From NCBI GenBank assembly GCA_963812375.1, contig CAWEUW010000006.1:30837-94836 (forward strand): a stretch of DNA of 64,000 nucleotides, given 5' to 3'. The notes beneath the pieces were generated by a model that had not been told where the DNA came from, made no database searches, and saw nothing but the letters and a program-made list of their open reading frames with translations. The translations under genes were made by a program, and so were the position numbers. Positions 19,219 through 28,871 of this stretch are shown here, one piece after another. This stretch comes from an uncultured Acidimicrobiia bacterium (GTDB lineage: Bacteria; Actinomycetota; Acidimicrobiia; Spongiisociales; UBA5794). Numbering within the stretch: position 1 is the stretch's first letter; every line of letters starts with the position of its first letter.

Positions 19219-19849
19219 CTAAGGCGCCAGGAACACGGCCGCCGCCTCGATGACCTGCGACGCCCGATCGGTGATCTCCGCGGGATCCGGCTCATCGGTG
19301 AGCCACGCCCCGATCCCGACACCGACGCCGCCGGCGCCCAGCACATCGGCGACGTCGGCGACGGTGACCCCTCCGAAGGCCATGTAGCGGACGTCGGGGA
19401 GCGGTCCCATCAGCGTCTTGAGGTGGGCGATCCCACCGGTGACGTATGGGTAGACCTTGACCGCGGTGGCGCCTGCCCGCCACACGCCGGTAGATCTCCG
19501 TGGCGGTGTGGGCGCCGGGGATCACCGGGACCCCGGCGGCGACGCACCAGCTGACCACGTCGACCGACGCCACCGGGGTGACGATCAGCTGGGCACCCGC
19601 CCCCACCGCCGCCTCGGCGTCCTCGACCTCGAGGACCGTGCCCGCCCCGATCAGCATCCCTTCGGTGGGCGGGTCGGTGACCAGGTCCTTGATCGCCTCG
19701 AGCGCCCCCGGGGTGTTGAGGGTGACCTCGGTGGCCCGGATCCCGCCCTCCGCCACTGCCTCCACCACCTGCCGCACGCCGAGAGGGGGCTTGCGCACAA
19801 CCGCAACGACGCCGGTGGCGGCGATCGCCTCGGGTAGCTCGAGTCGCAT
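19219..19849 (-). CDS. eda: KDPG/KHG aldolase (2-dehydro-3-deoxyphosphogluconate aldolase family)
   Basis: VVAVVR, IRATEVTLNTPGALEAI, GAGTVL, VKVYP, FGGV. The N-half is in ORF 19292..19849 and the C-half in ORF 19219..19485, with a break near 19480. Confidence 0.8.
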
Positions 19850-19866
19850 CGGGCCATGATGCCACG

Positions 19867-19986
19867 CAACTTTGAGCGGTTGACATCGGATAGCGATGCA
19901 GAGTGCTCAAAGTTCCCGGCCAACGGGTAGGTGCCCACAACTTTGAGCGGTTGACATCGGATAGCGCTGCAAACTGCTCAAAGTTC
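19867..19986. repeat. Two tandem 49-bp elements, each a 10-bp-arm inverted repeat around a 27-nt loop
   Basis: Copy 1 spans 19867-19915 and copy 2 spans 19938-19986, a 71-bp period. Arms AACTTTGAGC/GCTCAAAGTT are perfect in both copies. The only three differences are in the loops. Each loop carries TTGACA (19880, 19951). Confidence 0.85.
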
Positions 19987-20143
19987 GTTGGGCAGATGCC
20001 CCGAGTCGACCCTTGCCGCTCGGTGACGGTGCGGGTAGATTCGACGGTGATGGGCAACTCGCGCGTGGCGTTCGTATCGCTTTACCTGGGCTCCGGCTCG
20101 GGCCGCGGTGCGCTGAACCCACTCGCAGACAAGCACCCACACA

Positions 20144-20177
20144 GCCCGAGACCGGACCGGTTTCGGGCTTTCGTGTT
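20144..20177 (+). terminator. Intrinsic-terminator-like hairpin in the DAHP synthase leader (attenuator candidate)
   Basis: GCCCGAGACCGG-A-CCGGTTTCGGGC pairs over 10-12 bp (20144-20168) and is followed by TTTCGTGTT. It lies 28 nt upstream of ATG 20205. Confidence 0.5.
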
Positions 20178-20204
20178 CCCGGGGCCGGTCACCCAGGAGA
20201 GACC

Positions 20205-21287
20205 ATGACCGAGCCCTCGGAACCCATCCCGCTGAAGAGCCACCGACGTCCCGACGACCTGTCGACGTCCCTCGTCGACGTCGGCGACGTTCGCTTCGGG
20301 GACGGCTCCTACCCGGTGATCGCCGGCCCGGTGGCGGTGGAGGGCGAGGACCAGATCGTGTCGGTCGCCCTCGGTGTCGCCGAAGCCGGCGCCTCGATGC
20401 TTCGTGCCTCCACCAACCGCCTGGGCAACGGGTTCCGAGGTCTCGGTGATGAGGGGCTGTGGCTGTTGGAGCGGGCCGGGCACGCCGCCGGGATCCCCAC
20501 ACTCACCGAGGTGGTCGACTCCAAGGACCTGGACGTCGCCGCCGGCCACGTCGACATGCTCGAGATCGGCCCCGACAACATGCAGCACTTCTCGCTGCTC
20601 CGCGACGTGGGCAAGGTCGGCAAGCCGGTCATGCTCCACCGAGGCCCCGCCGCCACCATCGACGAGTGGCTGATGGCGGCCGAGTACGTGCTCAGCGAGG
20701 GCAACGACGCGGTCGTCCTGTGCGAGCGGGGGAGCCGGGGCTTCGATCCCCGCACCTCCGACACGCTGGACATCGGCGCCATCCCGGTGGTGCAGCGACT
20801 CTCCCACCTCCCGGTGGTGATCGACCCGGCGCCGGTGCGCGACGGGGCCGACCTCATCGCCCCGCTGGCCCTGGCGGGGAGGTCGGTAGGCGCCGACGGG
20901 CTCGTCGTATTGGTGCATCCCGACCCGGAGCGAGCGGAGGCGGGCAACGGGTCGCAGCTCGACCTCGCCGCCTTCGGGACGCTGATGGACCGGCTCGGCA
21001 TCCCCTCGCTGCGGGACGAGATCGACCGCATCGACCGCGAGCTGGTTCGCCTGGTGGCCCGCCGCCTCCACAGCTCGATCGAGATCGCCCGCATCAAGGC
21101 GACGAAGGGGCTTCCGCTGCGGTCTCCCGATCGGGAGAGCGAGTTGGTGGCGGAGGTCGCCGCCGACGCCGAGCGAATGGGGGTCGATCCGGACTTCGCC
21201 GCCGAGCTGATGACGCTCGTGCTCGACCACAGCCGCCACGCACAGCGAGCCGCGGTGGAGGGCGACCCGGCCGGGCCGATCCAGTGA
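20205..21287 (+). CDS. Type I-beta DAHP synthase fused to a C-terminal AroQ chorismate mutase domain
   Basis: AGGAGA Shine-Dalgarno upstream of ATG 20205. The KDO8PS-like DAHPS core (VIAGPVAVEGE, LEIGPDNMQ, VVIDPAP, VLVHPDPERA) is followed by the CM helices LRDEIDRIDRELVRLVARRLHSSIEIARIKATKGLPLRSPDRESEL. Confidence 0.85.
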   Translation: MTEPSEPIPLKSHRRPDDLSTSLVDVGDVRFGDGSYPVIAGPVAVEGEDQIVSVALGVAEAGASMLRASTNRLGNGFRGLGDEGLWLLERAGHAAGIPTLTEVVDSKDLDVAAGHVDMLEIGPDNMQHFSLLRDVGKVGKPVMLHRGPAATIDEWLMAAEYVLSEGNDAVVLCERGSRGFDPRTSDTLDIGAIPVVQRLSHLPVVIDPAPVRDGADLIAPLALAGRSVGADGLVVLVHPDPERAEAGNGSQLDLAAFGTLMDRLGIPSLRDEIDRIDRELVRLVARRLHSSIEIARIKATKGLPLRSPDRESELVAEVAADAERMGVDPDFAAELMTLVLDHSRHAQRAAVEGDPAGPIQ

Positions 21288-21909
21288 GCATCGACCAGCC
21301 GCTGACCGTCGGGGAGGACGGGGTCCCCCGTTGTTGGTGGGGAGTGTCGACGCCGGACTACCTCGCCTACCACGACACCGAGTGGGGTTTCCCGGTCGAC
21401 GACGACCACCGGATGTTCGAGAAGCTGTGCCTGGAGGGGTTCCAGTCGGGGCTCAGCTGGCTCACCATCCTCCGCAAGCGCGACGACTTCCGCCGGGTCT
21501 TCCACGGCTTCGACCCCGAGCAGGTCGCGGTGATGGGCGAGGACGACGTGCGCCGGCTGCTCGAGGACCCGACGATCGTCCGTCACCGCGGCAAGATCGA
21601 GGCGACGATCTGAACGCCAGGGCGTCGCTCGACGTGATCGACGAGTGGGGCACGCTTGGCGCCTTCTGCTGGTCGTTCGAGCCGGAGGAGACGCTGCCGT
21701 TGCTCGAGCCGACCACGCCCGAGTCGGTGGCGATGGCCAAGGAGTTGAAGCGGCGCGGCTTCCGCTTCGTCGGTCCCACCACGGTCTATGCCTTCATGGA
21801 AGCGATGGGCATTGTCAACGACCACGTCGTCGGATGCGCCACCCGCGACGAGGTGGCCGAGGCCCGTCGCCGGTTCGCCCGACCGCAGCCACCGGCCACT
21901 GCTCCCTGA
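21284..21909 (+). CDS. tag: DNA-3-methyladenine glycosylase I
   Basis: GTG 21284 overlaps the upstream stop (GTGA). YHDTEWGFPV, FEKLCLEGFQSGLSW, TVYAFMEAMGIVNDH. Break near 21600. Confidence 0.85.
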
Positions 21910-21998
21910 ACCGTCGCCGGTACCGGCACGCACGGCCCACGATGGGGCTGGGGCCCCATCTGTGGGAGGAGGCGAGCGCAGCTCGCCGGGGATTTCAG

Positions 21999-23515
21999 TC
22001 AATTCCACGGTGGCGGGTTGTGGACCCAGCGGCCGCCGACCATGGTGGCCGTCACCTCGACGGCGGGAGCTCGTCGGCCGGCACGGAGACGGGGTCGGCG
22101 CTCAGCACCACCAGGTCGGCCAGGTAGCCGGGGAGCAGCCTGCCGCGGCGGTGCTCGTCCCCGGCCAGCCAGGCCGGGCCGACCGTCGAGGCGGCCAGCG
22201 CCTGCTCCACGGTCAACGCCTGCTCGGGCCTCCACGGCGGCAGGTCGTCGAGGGTGCGGCACACCGCCGCCACGATCCCGGCGAGTGGGTCGAGCTCCTC
22301 GACCGGGGCGTCCGACCCGTTGGCCAGCACCACTCCCGCTTCGGCCAGCGAGCGGTAGGCATAGGCGCCGGTGAGGTCCGCCCAGTGCCGGTCGACCAGG
22401 TGCCGGTCGGACGGGGCATGGCGAAACTGCACGGAGGCGGCCACCCCGAGCGCGGCGAAGCGGGCGACGTCGACGGGGTCGACGCACTGGGCGTGCTCGA
22501 TCCGTTGCCGCATCCCCGCCGCCTGCCAGAGGTCGGTGGTGGCGGCGAGGCCGTCGAGGGCGGTGCGGTTGGCGGCGTCCCCGATGGCATGGATGGCGAG
22601 CGGCCAGCCGGCCGAGGTGGCCCGACGGATGGTCTCGACGAGCTCTGCGAAGCCGGTCATGGCGACGCCGGAGCCGTCGAGCATCGCCGCGGTGCCGGAA
22701 CTGAGCGACCCGTCCATGAACATCTTGATGTACCCCAGCCGGAGCCACTCGTCCCCCACGCCGGACCGGATGCCCAGCGCCTCAAGCATGTCGAGCCGCT
22801 CGACGGGAAGCGACTGCCATACCCGGATCGCCAGGTCCCCTCGCTCGTGCAGTCGTTGCCACATCCGGGCGGCCCCGATCCAGCCGTCCTTGTCGTGGAC
22901 CGCGGTGACCCCACGCGGGTGGGCGATGGCGATGCCATCGGCCATGGCGTCCACGTACTCGTCCTCGGTGATGACGATGTGGCGCCGGAACGCCCACGCC
23001 GCATGCTCGCCGAGGTACCCGGTCGGCCCGCCATCGTCGCCTCGCGGCACCACCCCGCCGGAGGCGGCGAGATCCTCCGGCTCGGCCGCCGCCAGCGCCG
23101 CCGTGTTGAGCCAGAGCGAGTGGTCGTCACGCGACCACAACGCGGTGCGGAGATCCCCGGTCACCGCGTCGAGGTCGTGGCGGCTGGGCGGCGATGGGTC
23201 GTCCCAGTCGCCGTGCCGCCATCCGTAGCCGACCAGCCACCGGCCCGGCGTGGCACGCTCCGCCGCCACCCGCACCCGCTCCACCGCCTCCTGGCGTGAC
23301 CGGCAGCCCTCGAGCCGGACCTGCCGCTGGGCGACCGCCCAAGTGGGGAAGTGCACGTGCGAGTCGGTGAAGCCGGGCACCACGCACCGGCCGCCCAGGT
23401 CCATCCGGGCGCCTCCGTCGTCGTCGGCGACCACCCGATCCCCGGACACCGCCAGGCGGGACGCCACGGGGTGGGCTGGGTCCATCGTCCGGACAACGCC
23501 GTTGTCGAGCAGCAT
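21999..23515 (-). CDS. Metal-dependent amidohydrolase (Amidohydro_3 family)
   Basis: PGFTDSHVHF, AIHAIGD, NGSDAPV. ATG at 23513-23515 (MLLDNGVV). The C-terminal EVTATMVGGRWVH lies in the ORF 21999..22748 frame, with a break near 22070. Confidence 0.8.
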
Positions 23516-23591
23516 CCGGCGACGGTAGCGGCTTCGCCGGCCCCTGCCCCGGGTCCTTGCTTTTCGCGACCCGTCCGGGCACGCTGAGATC

Positions 23592-24965
23592 TTGCGGCGG
23601 GACGACCGGGACAGCAATCAACCGACGGGCAGCGAGCCGTCTGGCGACGACCGGACCTACGTACTCGACACCTGCGTCCTGCTGGCCGATCCCCACGCCG
23701 TCCTCCGCTTCGCCGAACATCCCGTGGTGCTGCCTCTGGTGGTCGTCGAGGAGCTCGACCGCCACAAGGCGAGGTCGGACGAGGTCGGTGCCAACGCCCG
23801 CGGCGCCATCCGGCTCCTCGAGGAACTCGGCGCCTCCGGGCCGGGTGGGTTGGGGACGCCGCGGCCGCTGGACGGCGGTGGCTCGCTGCGCATCGAGCTC
23901 AACGGGATCCGGTCGAGCCGGCTTCCCGAGGTCCTCGACCCTGGGACGTCGGACCATCGCATCCTCTCGACATGCCTCAACCTGGTCGACGAAGGCAGGC
24001 CTGCCGTCCTGGTCACCCGGGACGCCGCCCTCCGCATCAAGGGCGCCCAGCTCGGGGTGCCGGTCGAGGACTACCGCGCCGACACCGTCCGGGTCGACGA
24101 GGCGTACACCGGCGTGACCGAGGTCGATGTCGACCACGACACCATCGACCGGTTGTTCTCCGAGGGAAAGGTCGAGCTGGACCGCGCCGGGCTGATGGTC
24201 CACCAGTACGTGGTGCTGCGCGCCTCGGAATCCCATTCGGCCCTCGGCCGGGTGGCCGATCCCGACGCGCCGGCCGGCGGCGCCACGGTCACCAAGGTGG
24301 GGACGCACCGGCACGCCTTCGGCGTCGAGGCGAAGAACGTGCGCCAGGCCTTCGCCCTCGACCTGCTGCTGGACCCGGCCATCCCGGCGGTGTCGATCAT
24401 GGGCACCGCCGGCACCGGGAAGACCTTCCTCGCCCTGGCCGCCGCCCTGGAACAGGTGCTGGAGCAGGAGCGCTACCGCCGCGTTTCGGTGTACCGGCCG
24501 CTGGTGGCGGTGGGGCGCCAGGAGGTCGGCTTCCTCCCCGGTGACCTCGGCGAGAAGCTGGCGCCGTGGATGGCGGCGGTGTACGACAACCTGTACGCCA
24601 TGTTCTCCGGCGCAGACTCGCTCTCCGCCAAGCGCGCCGTCGACGAGCTGCTCGACCGCGACGTGCTGGAGATGGCGGCGGTGACCTACCTCCGGGGCCG
24701 GTCGATCACCGACGAGGTGGTGATCGTCGACGAGGCGCAGAACCTGGAGCTGCCGACCCTCAAGGTGATCCTCACCAGGATGGCGGCCGACTCCAAGCTG
24801 ATCCTCTGCGGCGACCTGACCCAGGTCGACAACCCGTACGTGTCGCCGTTCGGCGGCCTGGCCGCCCTCATCGAGAAGCTCAAGGGGAGCCCTCTCTTCG
24901 GCCACGTCACCCTCGACCGCACCGTCCGCGGCCCCCTCGCCGAGTTCGCCGCCGCGGTTCTCTGA
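23592..24965 (+). CDS. PhoH2: PIN-domain RNase fused to PhoH-like ATPase
   Basis: Intact ORF starting at TTG. PIN domain YVLDTCVLL, VVVEELD, DHRIL. PhoH domain with Walker A GTAGTGKTFLA and Walker B VIVDEAQN. Confidence 0.88.
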   Translation: MRRDDRDSNQPTGSEPSGDDRTYVLDTCVLLADPHAVLRFAEHPVVLPLVVVEELDRHKARSDEVGANARGAIRLLEELGASGPGGLGTPRPLDGGGSLRIELNGIRSSRLPEVLDPGTSDHRILSTCLNLVDEGRPAVLVTRDAALRIKGAQLGVPVEDYRADTVRVDEAYTGVTEVDVDHDTIDRLFSEGKVELDRAGLMVHQYVVLRASESHSALGRVADPDAPAGGATVTKVGTHRHAFGVEAKNVRQAFALDLLLDPAIPAVSIMGTAGTGKTFLALAAALEQVLEQERYRRVSVYRPLVAVGRQEVGFLPGDLGEKLAPWMAAVYDNLYAMFSGADSLSAKRAVDELLDRDVLEMAAVTYLRGRSITDEVVIVDEAQNLELPTLKVILTRMAADSKLILCGDLTQVDNPYVSPFGGLAALIEKLKGSPLFGHVTLDRTVRGPLAEFAAAVL

Positions 24966-24993
24966 GAAGCCCACCCCGTTAGGGTTCGGGGCC

Positions 24994-26764
24994 ATGACGT
25001 CGACGGGAGCGACTCCGCCGACCTTGCGCCTGCTGGTGGTGGATCCTCGGGCCTTCGCCTCGTTCGACCAGGAGACCCTGCATCGGGTGGCGGACCGTAT
25101 CGGCGGGCAGCGGCCGCGCCTGGTGCTCGCCGGCGTCGGCGCCAGGCCCGAGCCGGAGCTGCCCGATCCCGACTACCTGATCGCCGACGGAGGGGAGCGC
25201 ATCACCAGGCTCGCCACCGGCGAGGCTGCTGCCGGGTGGCCCCTCGCACGAGGCCGGGGCCGGGCCAGGCGAGGAAGACGAGCAGGCAGCGGTCGCCTGG
25301 CTGGCCGAGTCGCTGATGATCCCACCCTTCGGCGTGGTGACGGTGGCTCCCTCCGACCGGTTCGACACGACCCGGTCCGACGGCTGGTCGGTCGTACTGG
25401 TCGGCGACGGGGAGCCGGCCGAAGGCGCCGTTCTCGTTCCGCCCGGCCAGGGATCCCGGCTCATCGACGCCCTCGACACCGCCCTCGGGGTGGCGCCCTC
25501 GCCGGTGGCCGGCGATCTCGCCGACGAGGCATTCGAACATGCCCGGCTCTCGCTGCTGCGGAACGTCACCCCGTTGGGTTTCACCGCGGCGTCGCTGTCG
25601 GACAACGTGCTGATGGACCACGACGCCAACTACGCCGCCGTCTGGGCCCGCGACGGGATCATGAGCGGGCTGTGGGCGATGGCGCTGGACGACCCCGGTC
25701 TCGACGCCACCTTCCGGCGCACCCTCGAGGTGCTCGGCGCCCACCAGACCCCGGCGGGCCAGATCCCCGCCTACGTCCGGATCCACGGCGAGGTGCCCGA
25801 CTACTCCGGCATCGGCGGCATCGCCAGCATCGACTCGGTGCTGTGGTGGGTGATCGGGGTGGCCCGTTACTCGCTGCTGCGGGGCGACCGGGCTTTCGCC
25901 GAGGCGATGTATCCCGGGGTGGAGCGGGCGATGAGCTGGCTGGCCGCCCACGACTCCAACAACGACGGGCTCCTCGAGATCCCCGAGTCGTCCGACTGGA
26001 TGGACCTCTTCCCCCGCAGCTACAACGTCCTCTACGACGAAGTGCTGTGGTACCGGGCCTGCCGCGACGGCGCCTCGCTGTCCGCTGCCCTCTCCGGCGA
26101 CCCCGGTCCGTGGGGACTGCTGGCCGACGGGGTGCGGCGCAGAATCGTCGACGTCTTCTGGCCAACCGGGGGCCAGCTGATGGAGCTGGCCGGATCGACC
26201 AGCGGTCGGTTCTCCACCGGCGAGGCCCGCTACCTGCTCGCCCAGGTGACCCCTTTCGGGTACTCGTGGCGGTGCGACGTGCTGGCCAACCTGCTCGCCG
26301 GGTTGTCGGGACTGCTCGACGACGTCAAGCAGCAGCGGCTGTTCCAGTTCCTGTGGGGGGTGGGGATCAACCAGCCGTCGCCGGTCGCCTGCATCTACCC
26401 GCCGATCCACTCAGGTGCGGACGACTGGAAGGACTACTTCATCGTCAACTTCCTCAACCTGCCCGACCACTACCACAACGGCGGTGCGTGGCCATTCATC
26501 GGCGCCCTGTGGGTGCGGTTCCTCCACGCCATCGGCCGAGAGGAGCTGGCCCACCGTGAGCTGCTCTCGCTGGCCGAGGCCTGCCGCCACGGTCTCGGCG
26601 GCGACTGGGAGTTCAACGAGTGGCTCCACGGGAGGACCGGGAGGCCGATGGGCAAGGCTCATCAGGCGTGGAGCGCCGCCGGCTACCTCCACACCTATCT
26701 CATCCTGCGTCGCGGAGCCACCCCGACCGACGTGGGAGTGCTCGACCCGGCCGCGCTCGGCTAG
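24994..26764 (+). CDS. GH100-like (alkaline/neutral invertase-type, six-hairpin) glycosidase with an N-terminal extension of about 110 aa
   Basis: NYAAVWARDG, SIDSVLWWVIG, ESSDWMDLF, DHYHNGGAWPF. The N-terminal extension is in the ORF 24994 frame and the catalytic part in ORF 25316..26764, with a break between 25230 and 25320. Confidence 0.7.
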
Positions 26765-28042
26765 GCGTCGCCCTCCGGGGCAGACCGGCCCTTGATCGGG
26801 GAGCTGGCGGCGGGAGTGCTCGTCGCGGATCCGTTCCACGACGGAGGCGGTCCGCTTGGCGATGCCCCGCCACCCGAACTCGGCCCTGGCGGTGCGCGAT
26901 CCTTCGACCGAGAGCTGCTGGCGCAGCCGTTCGTAGCGGAGCGGCAGGCTGAGCACCGAGGCGAACTCGACCGACCGGCTCGGATCGGCCCAGAGGGCGT
27001 CGCGCCCGAACTGGATGTGGTCCTGCAGCCCGCCATGGACCGTGACCACCGTCGGCGTGCCGCACGCCATCGCCTCCACCGCGGTCATCCCGAACGGCTC
27101 GTAGCGCGAGGGCAGGGCGAACACCGGCGCCGCCCGGTAGTGGCTCGCCATGTCGTCGTCGGGGACATAGCCCCGCCACTCGACCGCATCGGCCATCCCC
27201 AGGTCGGCGGCGATCTTGGACCAGCGGCTCACCAACCGGCGGTCCCGGGCGCCGTCGGCACCCACCGCCAGCTGCAACCTGACGTCGGGTACCAGGCGGC
27301 GGAGCTCGGGCAGGCAACGGATGAGGAGGTCGTATCCCTTGTTGGCCGCCGCCCGACCGACGGCATAGACGTCGTCGGGCCCGAAGCCGAGCCGGGCCCG
27401 GAGCCGGCGGACCTCGGCCATGGGGACCGGCGTGTAGACCGACTCGTCGATGCCCGGAGGGATCATCGACACCCGGGCGCGGGGCACCTCGTAGTCGTCG
27501 ACCAGCAACTCGACCTGCTGCTGGGTGGTGGCGATCAGGTGGTCACACAACCGGTAGACGAGGAACTCCTTGCGGGTCCGTTCCTCGAAGCGGTAGATGG
27601 AGAGGTCGTCGCCCGACTTGGCCATGTCGTCCCGCTTCCACGACCCGAGCGAGTGCGGCGTGTGGATGTGGGGCAACCGCAGCTCCTCGGCGATCCGCTG
27701 TCCGGCCCAACCGGCGTCCCAGTAGTGGGTGAGCACGGCGTCGTAACGGCGGCGTTCGACCCGGGGATCGGCGAGGAACCTGCCGACGAACTCGCCGAGG
27801 TGGTCGTGCATGTCCTCCTTCCGGACGAAGTCCCTCCCGCCGAACGGGATCCGCCACACCGAGACCAGGTCCGTCATCCGATCGGTGGCCGGTTGGCGCT
27901 CGAACCGTCTGGTCACGATGTCGACCCGGTACCCGAGGCCGGCGAGATGGCGGCTCAGCTCCAGCACGAACACCACCTGGCCGCCGGTGTCGGGCTTCCC
28001 CATCTCGGCCTCGGCGCCCACGTAGCCGTGGAGCGACATCAT
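26761..28042 (-). CDS. Sucrose-phosphate-synthase-like GT4 glycosyltransferase
   Basis: HGYVGAEAEMGKPDTGGQVVFVLELSRHLA and EPFGMTAVEAMACGTP. The raw ORF runs antisense into the invertase gene. A shift near 26790 gives ...PEGDA-TAG ending at 26761. Confidence 0.8.
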
Positions 28043-28066
28043 CAGGAGGTTCCCCCTGACGACCGG

Positions 28067-28804
28067 TCATGAGCCGTCACCGGGGAGCGCCCCGATCGCC
28101 CGCAGCCCTTCGAGGATCCCTCCGGCGTGCGCCGTCTCCGCCTGGTATGCGCCGTTGCGGCCGAGCGCCCGGCGGAGCGCAGGAGTGGCGTTGCCGACGG
28201 AGATCGCATGCGGGGCGGACATCAGCAGCGAGATGTCGTTGGACCCGTCGCCGGCGGCAACGGTCCGCCCACGATCGACACCGAGATGCGTCGCCAGATA
28301 CCCCAACGGCGCCTCCTTCCCGGCGCCGGCGGGGATCACGTCGAAGAAGTCGGCGTCGCCGTAGAAGCAGCGGGCGGCGAGCCCGGTGGCGGCGACCCTG
28401 CGCTCCGCCTCCGACCGGCCGGCCGGTGGTATCGCGAAGCTCGCCTTGTAGGGTGTCTGCAGCTCAGGGGGATGAAGCGGCCAGCCGAGGGCGGCCATCA
28501 CGAGGTCCACCGGCGCCCGGTCCCATCCGGCGAAGCGCTCCTGCCACTCTGGACGCGGCTCACCCCCGATCACCACCTCGGTGCCCAGCGCCCCGACCAC
28601 GGCGTCCGGGGCGACCTCCACCGGCAGCCCGGCCAGCGTTGTGGCGACCGAGGCGATCGGCCGGCTCGAGTCGAGCACGAGCCGCACCGAGCCGGCATCC
28701 CGGAGCGCCGCCAGCAGCGCTGCCAGCGCCTCGTCGTCACCGGTGAGGGTGTCGTCCACGTCGGCGACCAGCATCCACGGTGTTCGGTACGAGTCCGTGA
28801 TCAC
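28067..28804 (-). CDS. HAD-IIB sucrose-phosphate-phosphatase-like hydrolase
   Basis: Intact 245-aa ORF. HAD motif I LVADVDDTLTG and motif IV AAGDGSNDISLL. A 24-nt gap separates it from the downstream SPS-like gene. Confidence 0.8.
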   Translation of the reverse strand: MITDSYRTPWMLVADVDDTLTGDDEALAALLAALRDAGSVRLVLDSSRPIASVATTLAGLPVEVAPDAVVGALGTEVVIGGEPRPEWQERFAGWDRAPVDLVMAALGWPLHPPELQTPYKASFAIPPAGRSEAERRVAATGLAARCFYGDADFFDVIPAGAGKEAPLGYLATHLGVDRGRTVAAGDGSNDISLLMSAPHAISVGNATPALRRALGRNGAYQAETAHAGGILEGLRAIGALPGDGS

Positions 28805-28871
28805 CTCTCCCCCGATGGCACCCTACGGTACCCGGGGGCTACCGATCCCGAACCCTCCGGCTCTCGGACCG

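Noticed and set aside
19867-19986. CRISPR array interpretation of the tandem repeats here and at 59405-59606
   Set aside because: There are only two copies each, the 91-bp units are directly abutting with no unique spacers, there are no cas genes, and the repeat lengths and periods are atypical.
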